DNA of 64,000 nt from an uncultured bacterium. Its GTDB lineage: Bacteria > Bacteroidota > Bacteroidia > Bacteroidales > CAIXTV01. Position 1 is the stretch's first letter. Each line of letters begins with the position of its first letter. The notes beneath the pieces are model-generated. The model was given only the letters and a program-made list of their open reading frames with translations, did no database searches and was not told where the DNA came from. The stretch covers positions 216 to 64,215 of the forward strand of contig CAIXTV010000067.1 of NCBI GenBank assembly GCA_903922465.1. The letters run 5' to 3'. Positions 30,346 to 40,839 of this stretch are shown here, piece by piece. The position numbers and the translations under genes were made by a program.

Positions 30346-31716
30346 ATGAAAAAGAGAATCATAATTATCGGCGCAGCCGGAAGAGATTTCCACAATTTCA
30401 ACACCTATTTCAGAGGTAAATCTGAGTACAATGTAGTTGCCTTTACAGCAGCTCAAATTCCAGACATCGACGGCAGAAAATATCCAAAAGAATTGGCCGG
30501 AGAAGACTTATATCCTGATGGAATTCCCATTTATGCTGAATCGGATCTGCCAAAACTCATCGAAGAACAACAAATTGATATATGTGTGTTCGCATACAGC
30601 GATGTTCCTTACCCAAGAGTAATGAATGTTTCGGCAATAGTAAACGCAGCGGGAGCTCATTTCATGTTGTTAGGACCAAAAGACACCATGATAAAAAGTG
30701 TTAAACCTCTAATTGCAGTAGGCGCCACACGCACCGGTTGCGGTAAGAGTCAGACTTCACGTCGCATCATCGAAATACTAGTTGAAAACGGTTTAAAAGT
30801 AGTTGCTATTCGTCACCCAATGCCTTATGGCGATTTAAACGCACAAAAAGTGCAACGTTTTGCAACCGTAGAAGATCTGAAAAAACATAAATGCACCATC
30901 GAAGAAATGGAAGAATATGAACCCCACGTAGTATCGGGCCGTAATGTAATTTATGCAGGAGTTGATTATGAAGCTATCCTTAGGGCAGCCGAAAACGATC
31001 CTGACGGATGTGATGTAGTTTTATGGGATGGTGGAAATAACGACTTTCCATTCTACAAACCCGATTTAATGGTTGGTGTAGCCGATCCATTACGTCCAGG
31101 TGCAGAAGTATCTTATTATCCAGGTGAAGTTGTTGCACGTATTTCAGATGTAATCGTAATCAATAAAATTGATTCAGCTTCATTAGAAAACATTAATCAG
31201 GTAAGAGCCAATCTTGCAAAAATCAATCCACGCGCTATCATTATCGATGGAGCTTCACCACTAACCGTTGATAAACCAGAACTCATCCGCGGAAAACGCG
31301 TATTGGTTGTTGAAGATGGTCCAACCCTTACCCATGGTGAAATGAAAATTGGTGCAGGAACAGTTGCGGCTCTTAAATTTGGTGCCGCCGAATTAGTTGA
31401 CCCACGCCCTTATACCGTTGGTAAACTCACCGAAACTTTCGTTAACTATCCTAACATTGGTACATTATTACCAGCAATGGGATATGGCGACCAACAAGTA
31501 AGAGACCTCGAGAAAACTATCGAAAACACTCCTTGCGACACCGTGGTTATTGCTACCCCAATCGACTTAAACCGAATCGTGAAAATCAACAAACCTACCG
31601 TAATAGTAGGATACGAATTACAAGAAATTGGAAGCCCTAATCTTAATGATGTTCTTTGCGAATTTATCGAAAAGCATCAACTAACTAAAAAAGGCTGCGA
31701 TTGCTGCAATCATTGA
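30346..31716 (+). CDS. Cyclic 2,3-diphosphoglycerate synthetase-like P-loop protein, probable arginine synthetase (ArcE type)
   Basis: GAAGRDFHNFN, RTGCGKSQT, RHPMPYG, WDGGNND, EDGPTLTHG, LPAMGY. Confidence 0.72.
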   Translation: MKKRIIIIGAAGRDFHNFNTYFRGKSEYNVVAFTAAQIPDIDGRKYPKELAGEDLYPDGIPIYAESDLPKLIEEQQIDICVFAYSDVPYPRVMNVSAIVNAAGAHFMLLGPKDTMIKSVKPLIAVGATRTGCGKSQTSRRIIEILVENGLKVVAIRHPMPYGDLNAQKVQRFATVEDLKKHKCTIEEMEEYEPHVVSGRNVIYAGVDYEAILRAAENDPDGCDVVLWDGGNNDFPFYKPDLMVGVADPLRPGAEVSYYPGEVVARISDVIVINKIDSASLENINQVRANLAKINPRAIIIDGASPLTVDKPELIRGKRVLVVEDGPTLTHGEMKIGAGTVAALKFGAAELVDPRPYTVGKLTETFVNYPNIGTLLPAMGYGDQQVRDLEKTIENTPCDTVVIATPIDLNRIVKINKPTVIVGYELQEIGSPNLNDVLCEFIEKHQLTKKGCDCCNH

Positions 31717-31725
31717 TAATTTATT

Positions 31726-31755
31726 AAATGCGACTTTCGAGTCGCATTTTTTTTT
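31726..31755 (+). terminator. Rho-independent terminator
   Basis: aaatgcgact-TTCG-agtcgcattt + T run. Confidence 0.85.
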
Positions 31756-31827
31756 GATTTTTTTTCTGTGTAAACACAATAATAGTATATTTGAACCATA
31801 AAAACCATTAACAATTAAAGCACCTTC

Positions 31828-32733
31828 ATGAAAAATAAAAGTTTAGTTTCTATTAGCGATTTCACGAAGGAAGAGTATATCAGAATACTCGACCGGGCTG
31901 AAAACTTTGCTATAAATCCCAATCAGCGATTGCTCGAAGGGAAAGTGGTTGCTGTTCTTTTCTTCGAACCATCCACCCGCACCCGCCTGAGCTTCGAAGC
32001 AGCCATAAACCGCCTTGGGGGCAGAGTAATCGGATTTACCGATTCGTCGAGCTCCAGTGTTACCAAAGGAGAATCTTTGCGCGACACCATTCTAACCGTA
32101 AGCAATTATGCCGATTTAATTGTAATGCGCCACCCTAAAGAAGGCAGCGCCCGCTTTGCCAGCGAAATTTCTTCTGTTCCTATCATCAATGCCGGAGATG
32201 GAGCTAATCAGCATCCAACTCAGTGCTTGCTCGATTTGTATTCTATCCGCAAAACACAAGGAACTTTGGATAATCTCAACATCTCCTTTGTTGGTGACTT
32301 GAAGTACGGACGCACAGTTCATTCATTAAGCATTGCACTGACTCATTTTAATACTACTTATCACCTAGTTTCTCCTAACGAACTGAAACTCCCTAGCGCT
32401 GTAAAGATGCATATTAAAAACAGCAAGCTTATCTATAACCAATACACTGACTTCAGTCAGGCCATTTCAATTTCTGATATCATTTATATGACCCGAATTC
32501 AAAAGGAACGCTTTTCCGATCCTATTGAATATGAAAAAGTAAAAGATACTTATGTGCTGAAAGCCGATATGCTTCAGGATATAAAACCAAACCTTAAAGT
32601 CTTGCATCCCCTGCCACGTGTTAACGAAATCAGCGAAGATGTTGACAATCTTCCACAGGCATATTATTTTGAACAAGCACTCAATGGCGTTTATGTGAGA
32701 CAAGCATTACTGGCATCAATCTTAGGTAATTAA
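31828..32733 (+). CDS. pyrB: Aspartate carbamoyltransferase catalytic subunit
   Basis: [39 protein letters not shown]. Confidence 0.96.
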   Translation: MKNKSLVSISDFTKEEYIRILDRAENFAINPNQRLLEGKVVAVLFFEPSTRTRLSFEAAINRLGGRVIGFTDSSSSSVTKGESLRDTILTVSNYADLIVMRHPKEGSARFASEISSVPIINAGDGANQHPTQCLLDLYSIRKTQGTLDNLNISFVGDLKYGRTVHSLSIALTHFNTTYHLVSPNELKLPSAVKMHIKNSKLIYNQYTDFSQAISISDIIYMTRIQKERFSDPIEYEKVKDTYVLKADMLQDIKPNLKVLHPLPRVNEISEDVDNLPQAYYFEQALNGVYVRQALLASILGN

Positions 32734-32737
32734 TATT

Positions 32738-33199
32738 ATGGAAAAAATCAGAAAAGAATTGGTGGTCTCGGCCATCGAAAACGGAACAGTGATTGACCAT
32801 GTTCCTGCATCGAGTGTTTTTAAAGTGATTCGTATTTTAAACCTCGAAAATGTTAATAATCAAATCTTATTCGGAACCAATCTCGACAGCGAAAAATTAG
32901 GCAAGAAAGGTATCGTTAAGATACGCGACAAATATTTCGAACCCGAAGAAGTAAATAAAATAGCATTGGTTGCTCCAAATGCAACCCTAATTATTATTAA
33001 AAACTTCGCTGTGGTTGAAAAGAAAACCGTTGAAGTTCCCAATACGGTTGAAAAGTTCGTGAAATGTGTAAATCCCAATTGCATTTCTAATCACGAAAAC
33101 ATTATTACTCAATTTACGGTTATTGATAAAGTGAAAACCAAATTACAATGTCATTACTGTGAAAAAATAACTGAAAAGAAAAACATGGTTTTTATTTAA
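32738..33199 (+). CDS. pyrI: Aspartate carbamoyltransferase regulatory subunit
   Basis: VSAIENGTVIDH, CVNPNCIS, CHYCE zinc ligands. Confidence 0.95.
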   Translation: MEKIRKELVVSAIENGTVIDHVPASSVFKVIRILNLENVNNQILFGTNLDSEKLGKKGIVKIRDKYFEPEEVNKIALVAPNATLIIIKNFAVVEKKTVEVPNTVEKFVKCVNPNCISNHENIITQFTVIDKVKTKLQCHYCEKITEKKNMVFI

Positions 33200-33217
33200 T
33201 CTAAACAACATAAACAA

Positions 33218-34462
33218 ATGAAAAAATTATCTATCATCCTTCTGGTATTATTGTTTGCCGCTGTTCAAGCTCAAACTCCTCCCCGCCACGATAAAGCTAC
33301 CTTCAAAGAATATAAAGCAGGCTATTATCAAAACTCTATTCTCAAAGGAATAGAAGAGTTCGATAAAAAAGAAGAAGCTCCTAAGACTTCAAGGAATTTT
33401 AAAATAGATTTCACAGGAATGGATATTCCTACATCAATTGAACCCTTTACCAAGTATTGGCACAACGATCCTGTTTCGCAAGGAAACACTGGAACTTGCT
33501 GGTGCTTCTCAAACACTTCTTTTTTCGAATCAGAAATATTCCGTTTAACACAACAGAAAATTAAACTCTCTGAAATCTATACCGTGTATTGGGAATATGT
33601 AGAAAAAGCAAAACGTTACGTAACTGAACGCGGCAATTCCACTTTTGAAGAAGGGTCCGAGGGTAATGCTGTAACCCACATTTGGAAGAAATACGGAGTG
33701 GTTCCTTTAGAAAGCTATTCGGGTTTATTGGCAGGTCAGACATTCCATAATCATGCTAAGATGTATGAAGAAATGAGCGAATATCTTAAGTCAGTTAAAG
33801 CAAGCAATGCTTGGAACGAAGAACTTGTGATTTCGACCATTCAATCAATAATGAACTCTTATTTAGGTGCTCCTCCTAAACAAGTTACTGTAGGTGGGAA
33901 AAACTATAGTCCTATCGATTACCTGAATCAAGTGCTGAAGTTTAAGCCAGAAGATTATATAGATGTACTGTCCATCATGCAACAACCTTTTTGGAATAAA
34001 GTAGAATACGAAGTTGGCGACAATTGGTGGCATAACAAAAATTATTATAACATCCCACTCGATGACTATATGAAAGTCATAAAGAATGCTATAAAGAATG
34101 GCTTAACAATTTGTGTTGGAGGAGATGTTTCAGAAGCCGGCTTCGAATCCTTTGCACAAACAGCAATGATTCCTACTTTTGATATTCCTTCAGCTTATAT
34201 TGATGATTACGCCCGTCAGTTTCGTTTCAGCAATAAAACCACTACCGATGATCATGGTTTACACATTGTTGGTTATATGGTAAAAGACGGTGTCACCTGG
34301 TTTTTGGTAAAAGATTCTGGTGCAGGTTCACGCAATGTTGGTAAAGGCGCTAAGACTTTCGGTTATTATTTCTTTCACGAAGACTATGTGAAGTTGAAAA
34401 TGATGGATTGCATGGTGCATAAAGACGCTTTTAAGGAATATATCGGCAAGTTTAAAAACTAA
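33218..34462 (+). CDS. Secreted C1-family cysteine aminopeptidase (PepC-like)
   Basis: Signal peptide, QGNTGTCW, TTDDHG, VKDSG. Confidence 0.85.
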   Translation: MKKLSIILLVLLFAAVQAQTPPRHDKATFKEYKAGYYQNSILKGIEEFDKKEEAPKTSRNFKIDFTGMDIPTSIEPFTKYWHNDPVSQGNTGTCWCFSNTSFFESEIFRLTQQKIKLSEIYTVYWEYVEKAKRYVTERGNSTFEEGSEGNAVTHIWKKYGVVPLESYSGLLAGQTFHNHAKMYEEMSEYLKSVKASNAWNEELVISTIQSIMNSYLGAPPKQVTVGGKNYSPIDYLNQVLKFKPEDYIDVLSIMQQPFWNKVEYEVGDNWWHNKNYYNIPLDDYMKVIKNAIKNGLTICVGGDVSEAGFESFAQTAMIPTFDIPSAYIDDYARQFRFSNKTTTDDHGLHIVGYMVKDGVTWFLVKDSGAGSRNVGKGAKTFGYYFFHEDYVKLKMMDCMVHKDAFKEYIGKFKN

Positions 34463-34491
34463 TATTGAACTGCTGTAGTCAGCAGAAAAAC

Positions 34492-34532
34492 TGCCACAGA
34501 TTCACAGACTATCATCTGCTGATTCTGTGGCA
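34492..34532. terminator. Intergenic hairpin
   Basis: tgccacaga ... tctgtggca inverted repeat. Confidence 0.45.
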
Positions 34533-34568
34533 ATCTTTTATTTCAAACATAAAGAAATCTAAAAACGA

Positions 34569-36356
34569 ATGAAATTCGAACAACATCTCATTGACCTGAC
34601 TATCGAAGCCATACAATCCCTTTTCGGAGTAGAGATTGAGGCAAACCTAGTAAGTATTCAAAAAACAAACCTTATCTATCGTGCCGAAGGCGATTTCACT
34701 ATTGTGGTATTTCCCTTTACCCGTATTTTAAAGAAATCGCCCGAAGAAACTGCAGATTTACTTGGCAATTATCTTACAAGTCATAGCGAAATCATTGAAT
34801 CATATGGAGTGGTTAAAGGATTTTTAAATCTTCGCATCCAAAGTAATTTTTGGGTCGAAACAATACAGCAGGGTGCTACAGAAACCTCCTTACCTGTTGA
34901 TAAACGGGAAAAGATACTGATAGAGTTTTCATCGCCCAACACCAACAAACCATTGCACTTAGGACATATCCGTAATAATCTTTTGGGTTGGTCGGTGTCG
35001 GAGATATTAAAGGCAAACGGACATGATGTGGTAAGGGTAAATTTGGTGAACGACCGTGGCATTCACATCTGCAAGTCGATGCTGGCATGGCAAAAATGGG
35101 GAAATGGGGAAACGCCTGAAAGTTCGGGCTTAAAAGGGGATCATTTAGCCGGTAAATATTATGTTTTGTTTGATCAATATTATAAAGAAGAAATAAAATC
35201 ATTGATTACCTCAGGTTTGTCTGAAGAAGAAGCCAAGCAGCAAGCACCTTTGATGCAACATGCCCGCGAAATGTTGAAAAAATGGGAAGATAATGATGCC
35301 GAAGTTATGCAACTTTGGAACACAATGAATGGGTGGGTGTATGAAGGGTTCGATGTTACCTATAAGCAAATGGGTATTTCTTTCGATAAGATATATTATG
35401 AATCGCAGACCTGGCAAAAAGGGAAATCTTTGGTTGAGGATGCTTTGAAAAACGGTAATTGTTATCAGAAAGACGACCAATCGGTTTGGGTCGATTTGAG
35501 AGCGGAAGGGCTCGACGAAAAGATTCTGCTGCGTTCGGATGGCACTTCGGTTTATATGACACAGGATTTGGGCACGGCTTACATTCGTCACAACGAACAT
35601 CAACCCAAACAAATGATCTATGTGGTGGGAAACGAGCAAAACTATCATTTCGATGTGCTGAAGTTGGTGTTGCAAAAGAAGTTTGGATTTCAGTGGGCTG
35701 AGTCTATCTTTCATCTTTCGTATGGCATGGTGGAATTGCCCGAAGGGAAAATGAAATCGAGAGAAGGAACGGTGGTGGATGCCGATGATTTAATGGAAGT
35801 AATGATACAAACCGCTCAAACTACCACTGAAGAATTGGGCAAAACCCTGAACTTCGACCTGGATGAACAAACTCAGTTGTATAGGGTATTGGCAATGGGT
35901 GCTTTGAAATATTTTATACTGAAGGTGGACCCGGTGAAGAATATGGTTTTCAATCCGGCAGAATCTATTGATTTTAATGGAAATACCGGACCTTTTATTC
36001 AATATACTCATGCAAGGATTTGTTCCTTAATAAATAAAGTGGGTCAATTAGAAAATGCATCAACTATGTTTTCTGCCGACACAACTCTTTCGCAAAAAGA
36101 ACGTCAGCTCATTCAATTGCTTTACGAATATCCTTCAGTGGTGCAAGAAGCAGGAAACCATATGAGTCCGGCCTTGATTGCTAATTATGTTTTCGACCTA
36201 GCAAAAGAGTATAATCAGTTTTATCACGAAAGTCCTGTTTTAAAAGAAACCGATGCAGATATTCGTCAGTTGAGGCTTGTGATTAGTAGCCGGACTGCGC
36301 TTGTAATTAAAAATGCAATGCATTTGTTGGGGATTGAGGTTCCTGAAAGAATGTAA
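34569..36356 (+). CDS. argS: Arginine--tRNA ligase
   Basis: EFSSPNTNKPLHLGH, KMKSREG, GNTGPFIQYTHAR, C-terminal PERM. Confidence 0.96.
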   Translation: MKFEQHLIDLTIEAIQSLFGVEIEANLVSIQKTNLIYRAEGDFTIVVFPFTRILKKSPEETADLLGNYLTSHSEIIESYGVVKGFLNLRIQSNFWVETIQQGATETSLPVDKREKILIEFSSPNTNKPLHLGHIRNNLLGWSVSEILKANGHDVVRVNLVNDRGIHICKSMLAWQKWGNGETPESSGLKGDHLAGKYYVLFDQYYKEEIKSLITSGLSEEEAKQQAPLMQHAREMLKKWEDNDAEVMQLWNTMNGWVYEGFDVTYKQMGISFDKIYYESQTWQKGKSLVEDALKNGNCYQKDDQSVWVDLRAEGLDEKILLRSDGTSVYMTQDLGTAYIRHNEHQPKQMIYVVGNEQNYHFDVLKLVLQKKFGFQWAESIFHLSYGMVELPEGKMKSREGTVVDADDLMEVMIQTAQTTTEELGKTLNFDLDEQTQLYRVLAMGALKYFILKVDPVKNMVFNPAESIDFNGNTGPFIQYTHARICSLINKVGQLENASTMFSADTTLSQKERQLIQLLYEYPSVVQEAGNHMSPALIANYVFDLAKEYNQFYHESPVLKETDADIRQLRLVISSRTALVIKNAMHLLGIEVPERM

Positions 36357-36491
36357 ATATGGCAGAAGACTTTTTGCTTAAAGGAAGTTGTTCAATAATA
36401 TAATTTAAAAAGCGGCTAACATTAGTGTTGTATTCTGGGACAAAACCTTTGTCAATCAGTTTACGATTTATGCCAACATAGGCCATTAAGT

Positions 36492-36664
36492 CATAAAACC
36501 TTCTTTGTAATGTTGAATAATGCGAAAATTTCATTACTGAATTTGAAATTTCCTCTCATTAAGAGAAAAGAGAGGAAGAAACAGCTCAGGGACAATACGT
36601 CAGGCAATGGTTGGGGACAACCAAACAATAGTTGGGGATAACCAAACAATATTAGAAGAATCTA
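36492..36664 (-). repeat. Dispersed repeat copy B (inverted copy of 29678-29849); degenerate 21-bp units continue to ~36735
   Basis: gttggggacaaccaaacaata / gttggggataaccaaacaata units plus conserved tail. Confidence 0.85.
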
Positions 36665-36867
36665 TAGAATAATTGGGGCTAACTTAACAATAGCAGAGGA
36701 ATCCCGACCTCAGAAAGGAATCCCGACAATACAAAAGAACACTATCCCATAAAGTTTTTAAACTAAAACTTTGATTTTTCAACCGTTCTCGTTGGTTTTT
36801 GAATATTGAAATTTAAGAAATGGAATTTATAAGTCTTATCTTTGCAAAACCAAAATAAACAAAACCC

Positions 36868-38190
36868 ATGTCCTCTTTAATCATCAAGAATGCTCGTATC
36901 ATAAACGATACGGAAGAATTGTCATCGGATATACTCATTGAAGATGGGATTATCACCAAAATGGAAAAGAACATCATGCTTTGTTGCAACGATGAAAGTA
37001 TTGATGCAAGTAATTATCTTGTCTTCGCAGGAGGCATTGACCCACATGTACACCTTCAATTGCCCACCCCTGCAGGTGCTTCGTCCGACGATTTTATTAG
37101 TGGCAGCAAAGCTGCAATAGCTGGTGGCACAACCTATTTTATAGATTTTGTTACGCCCCGCAAAGGAGAATCTTTGAAAAAAGCCCTCCAATATCGTTTA
37201 AAAGAAGCAGAAAATAGCCTACTCGATTTCAACTTACATATTGGCATTTCCTGGTTCGATGATAATATTATTGAAGAGATGAAGTGGTGTGTAAATGTAG
37301 CAGGCATAAAGTCATTTAAAGTATATCTTGCCTATAAAGGCAGCATTGGTTTGGAACTTTCGGAATTGGAGCAAGTAATGCGAAAGGCGGCTTTTCTGGG
37401 CGCCATAGTATTGGTTCATTGTGAAGAAGGTGACGAAATTTTGAATCTTCAGCAAGCCTTTATTAAAGATGGCAAAACGCAACCCCGATATCATGCTTTG
37501 TCGCGACCAGCTGTAACTGAAGCCGAATCGGTGCGAAAAGTATTGGATTTAGTTAGAAAAACACATTGCAAAACATATATTGTGCATACTTCAACAGCAG
37601 CATCCGTTGAGCATATTCGTCAGGCAAAAAAAGAAGGCTTACCTGTGTTTTGTGAAACCTGTCCGCAATATCTTTTGTTAGATGATAGCGTGTACGAAAA
37701 ACCCATACCCGAATCACTCAAATATGTTATCAGTCCGCCCCTACGTAAAAAGGAGGACCAGTTGGCTTTATGGGAAGGCATTGGTGACTTTACAATTGAT
37801 ACGATTGCCACCGACCATTGCCCATTTAATACCGTAGGGCAAAAGGATAAAGGACTGAATAACTTTACCCGCATTCCAAATGGGGCAGGTGGTATCGAGT
37901 TTCGTTTGGCTTTATTATATACTTATGGAGTGTTGGGAAAGAGGATAACACTACAGCGGTTTGTTGCTCTTACTTCTTCAAATGCTGCACGAATTTTTGG
38001 TTTATTTCCTCAAAAAGGCAGTGTCAGCGTAGGAGCGGATGCCGATTTTGTTTTATGGAATACCAATAGTACATCAATCATTTCTGCTAAACATCAAATA
38101 CAACAATGCGATGCCAATATTTATGAAGGCTTCGAGCTAAAAGGAAGTCCCTTTTTAGTAGTCCGCAAAGGAATAGTTGAAATACCCTAA
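36868..38190 (+). CDS. hydA: Dihydropyrimidinase / D-hydantoinase
   Basis: GGIDPHVH, AGGTT, SFKVYLAYK, VHCE, ETCPQYL, ATDHCPF, IPNG. Confidence 0.88.
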   Translation: MSSLIIKNARIINDTEELSSDILIEDGIITKMEKNIMLCCNDESIDASNYLVFAGGIDPHVHLQLPTPAGASSDDFISGSKAAIAGGTTYFIDFVTPRKGESLKKALQYRLKEAENSLLDFNLHIGISWFDDNIIEEMKWCVNVAGIKSFKVYLAYKGSIGLELSELEQVMRKAAFLGAIVLVHCEEGDEILNLQQAFIKDGKTQPRYHALSRPAVTEAESVRKVLDLVRKTHCKTYIVHTSTAASVEHIRQAKKEGLPVFCETCPQYLLLDDSVYEKPIPESLKYVISPPLRKKEDQLALWEGIGDFTIDTIATDHCPFNTVGQKDKGLNNFTRIPNGAGGIEFRLALLYTYGVLGKRITLQRFVALTSSNAARIFGLFPQKGSVSVGADADFVLWNTNSTSIISAKHQIQQCDANIYEGFELKGSPFLVVRKGIVEIP

Positions 38191-38308
38191 TGATTTAGGG
38201 ATTGTTTTATATTCTGAAGCACAAAAGACTTTATCAAACTGCAAAAGTTGTTTTAAGAATAGTACTTTTATCGAAAATTAAATGCTCTAAATTTTCAAGA
38301 TTAATACA

Positions 38309-40138
38309 ATGAAATCAAATACAACATTTATCGTAACAGGACTTTTACTGTGTTTTTTAATTTCAGGCCAAACATTTGGTCAAAGCCGAAGAAACATTAA
38401 TCTGCCTGACATACCTGGATATGTCACTCTAAAAGGAGATTTCCATATGCACACTCCATTTTCAGACGGTACTGTTTGGCCCATCGATCGAGTTCTAGAA
38501 GCATGGCGTGATGGTTTGGATGTTATTGCAATAACCGATCATCTCGAATATAACCCTAATAAAGCCGATGTGTCAATCAATCTGAACCGACCTTATGAAA
38601 TAGCAAAACCAGTTGCTGACAAATATGGAATTCTTCTTATTCGGGCAGCTGAAATAACACAAAAAATGCCTCTTGGTCATTTCAATGCATATTTTCTAAA
38701 GGATGTGAATGCAATAAAGAAAGATGACTACATCGAAGAATTCCAAGCTGCAGCTAATCAAGGAGCTTATTTTGTATGGAATCATCCCGGATGGCAAGCA
38801 GAAATAACCGACACTACGATTTGGGTCAAGCAACATACAGAACTTTACGAAAAAGGCTGGATGAACGGAATAGAAGTATATAATAGCAAGGAGTATTATC
38901 CCCTTGTCCTTAGGTGGGCTATTGAAAAGAAGTTGGCAATATTTGGAAACTCAGATAACCACGGACCCATCGATTTTGATTATATTGCTGAAAAAGGGGA
39001 AAAGCGACCTTTTACACTCGTGTTTGCAAAAGGAAGAAGTATTGAAGAGATAAGGGAAGCTTTTATCAATCGCCGCACAGCAACTTGTTTCAATAACACA
39101 TTAGCTGGTACCCACGAGTTTATGCTTTCATTGGTTATGCAATGCATTAAAGTCCAGACAATAAAAATAACTATTAATGAAAAAAACTCAGCCAGCGCTA
39201 TTTTAAGCAATCCTACAGATTTTCCTTTCGAATTAAGCACAATGAAAAATGATAATTATACTTCTCAGAAAAAGTACAAATTGGAAGCCAACAGTTCCCT
39301 TGTCATTAATCTGGAAAGCATAAAAGGTTTACAAACAGGAGAGAATGAACTTACTCTTAAATTTCAGGTAATAAACGTGTTGGTTGATAAAGATAAGCCC
39401 TTAGAAATTGAACTTAAACTAAATGCTTTTGCATGGAATAATGTAAAAATTAAAAAGGTAAATGACAAGGAATGGATGGTTGATTGTGGTCTGGTCAGCC
39501 CTGATTTAAAGATTTATTACACACTTGATGGTACACTTCCAACACAAAACTCAAATCCATTAAGTCAGAACTTTACAGCTAAAGAATCGATGTTCATAAG
39601 ATTAGCCTGTTATAAAAACAACATTCGAATAGGTGAAACTTATGAAAATCATTTTTACTTACATACGGCAATGGGTCAAAAAATCAGTTTGAAAAATGAT
39701 GCTGATATCCGCTATTATTCAGATGGGGCTGCTTCTTTAATTGATGGTCTTAACGGTTCAGATAATTATAATGACGGACATTGGATAGGGTTCGAACAAA
39801 AAGATATGGAAGCAATAATTGAATTCGATAAAGCTAAAAACTTTAAAAGTATAGGTGTGAATTTCCTGGAAAACACAAATTCGTGGATTTTCCTTCCTTC
39901 ATTTGTTGAAGTATTGGTTTCTAAAGATGGTATGAACTACTCCTCAATTGGGAAGACTTCAATTGCCCCAGCAAAAGCCGATAAAAGTCGTGGAATCAGC
40001 AAGACAGAAATATATAAACAAACCAAGAATATAAAATACATAAAAATAATCGCTAAAAATATTGGATCTTGCCCAATTTGGCATAGTGGTTACGGTAAGC
40101 CTGCTTGGATTTTTGTGGATGAAATTTCGGTAAAGTAA
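38309..40138 (+). CDS. Secreted PHP-domain phosphoesterase with C-terminal Fn3-associated/chitobiase and F5/8-type domains
   Basis: DFHMHT..SDG, ITDH, NHP, NSDNH; IYYTLDGTLPT; LIDG..G...W.GF, WIFVDEI. Confidence 0.75.
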   Translation: MKSNTTFIVTGLLLCFLISGQTFGQSRRNINLPDIPGYVTLKGDFHMHTPFSDGTVWPIDRVLEAWRDGLDVIAITDHLEYNPNKADVSINLNRPYEIAKPVADKYGILLIRAAEITQKMPLGHFNAYFLKDVNAIKKDDYIEEFQAAANQGAYFVWNHPGWQAEITDTTIWVKQHTELYEKGWMNGIEVYNSKEYYPLVLRWAIEKKLAIFGNSDNHGPIDFDYIAEKGEKRPFTLVFAKGRSIEEIREAFINRRTATCFNNTLAGTHEFMLSLVMQCIKVQTIKITINEKNSASAILSNPTDFPFELSTMKNDNYTSQKKYKLEANSSLVINLESIKGLQTGENELTLKFQVINVLVDKDKPLEIELKLNAFAWNNVKIKKVNDKEWMVDCGLVSPDLKIYYTLDGTLPTQNSNPLSQNFTAKESMFIRLACYKNNIRIGETYENHFYLHTAMGQKISLKNDADIRYYSDGAASLIDGLNGSDNYNDGHWIGFEQKDMEAIIEFDKAKNFKSIGVNFLENTNSWIFLPSFVEVLVSKDGMNYSSIGKTSIAPAKADKSRGISKTEIYKQTKNIKYIKIIAKNIGSCPIWHSGYGKPAWIFVDEISVK

Positions 40139-40170
40139 ATGGGGAGATTTTTGATATTGAATAAGTAGGT

Positions 40171-40836
40171 TTAATAATTAATTGTATACTGGACAGTATC
40201 AAAAGCATTGCAGAATACTGAATCCGTATGAAGATTCATGTTCCCGAATTTTATTACAGTCCATACAATTTTAGTCCATTGATCTCCGTATGTTTTGCAG
40301 GTAGTTGTGGAATGATATGAAGTTCCGGCTCCGGTAATTTGATTATCAGAGCAACACTGGCTGCAAAATAAAGGCGATTGGGTTGTATAATAATATGTAA
40401 TTCTATCGGTGCTATCATTAGGAGAAACATTATTAACATTTAGGGTTAAAAATCCTTCAGAATAAATATTGAAATTTTGTGTGTAAGAGTTGTCATTTTC
40501 AAATAGGGTCGGACTTAAATCCACTGAATTGGAGAAGTAGCCCTGTTTCACCACCGCTACTCTTAAACCAACAGGTTTCCCATCAATACTGGTGGCAAAA
40601 GAATAATTCCCACTTCCATCTGTGGTGGTTAATCCAACCTGATTATAGTTAGAATTATAAGTTCCCGAGGTGATCAGACTGGCAGAAAGAACCACCGTTG
40701 CATTGGCTACCCCTTGATTTTGATTGGGGGCAAATACGTTGCCCGAAAGAGTCACTTTAAATGTATTGTCTTTTTTACAAGTAGTAAATAAAAAAAGGCA
40801 TAAGGGAATCCAGCATAAAACGATTAATTTTTTCAT
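40171..40836 (-). CDS. Hypothetical lipoprotein (Ig/carboxypeptidase-regulatory-like)
   Basis: Lipobox-like FTTC, TTDGSGNYSF. Confidence 0.65.
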   Translation of the reverse strand: MKKLIVLCWIPLCLFLFTTCKKDNTFKVTLSGNVFAPNQNQGVANATVVLSASLITSGTYNSNYNQVGLTTTDGSGNYSFATSIDGKPVGLRVAVVKQGYFSNSVDLSPTLFENDNSYTQNFNIYSEGFLTLNVNNVSPNDSTDRITYYYTTQSPLFCSQCCSDNQITGAGTSYHSTTTCKTYGDQWTKIVWTVIKFGNMNLHTDSVFCNAFDTVQYTINY

Positions 40837-40839
40837 GGC

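Noticed and set aside
29678-36664. Composite transposon
   Set aside because: No transposase or target-site duplication seen; enclosed genes are core metabolism
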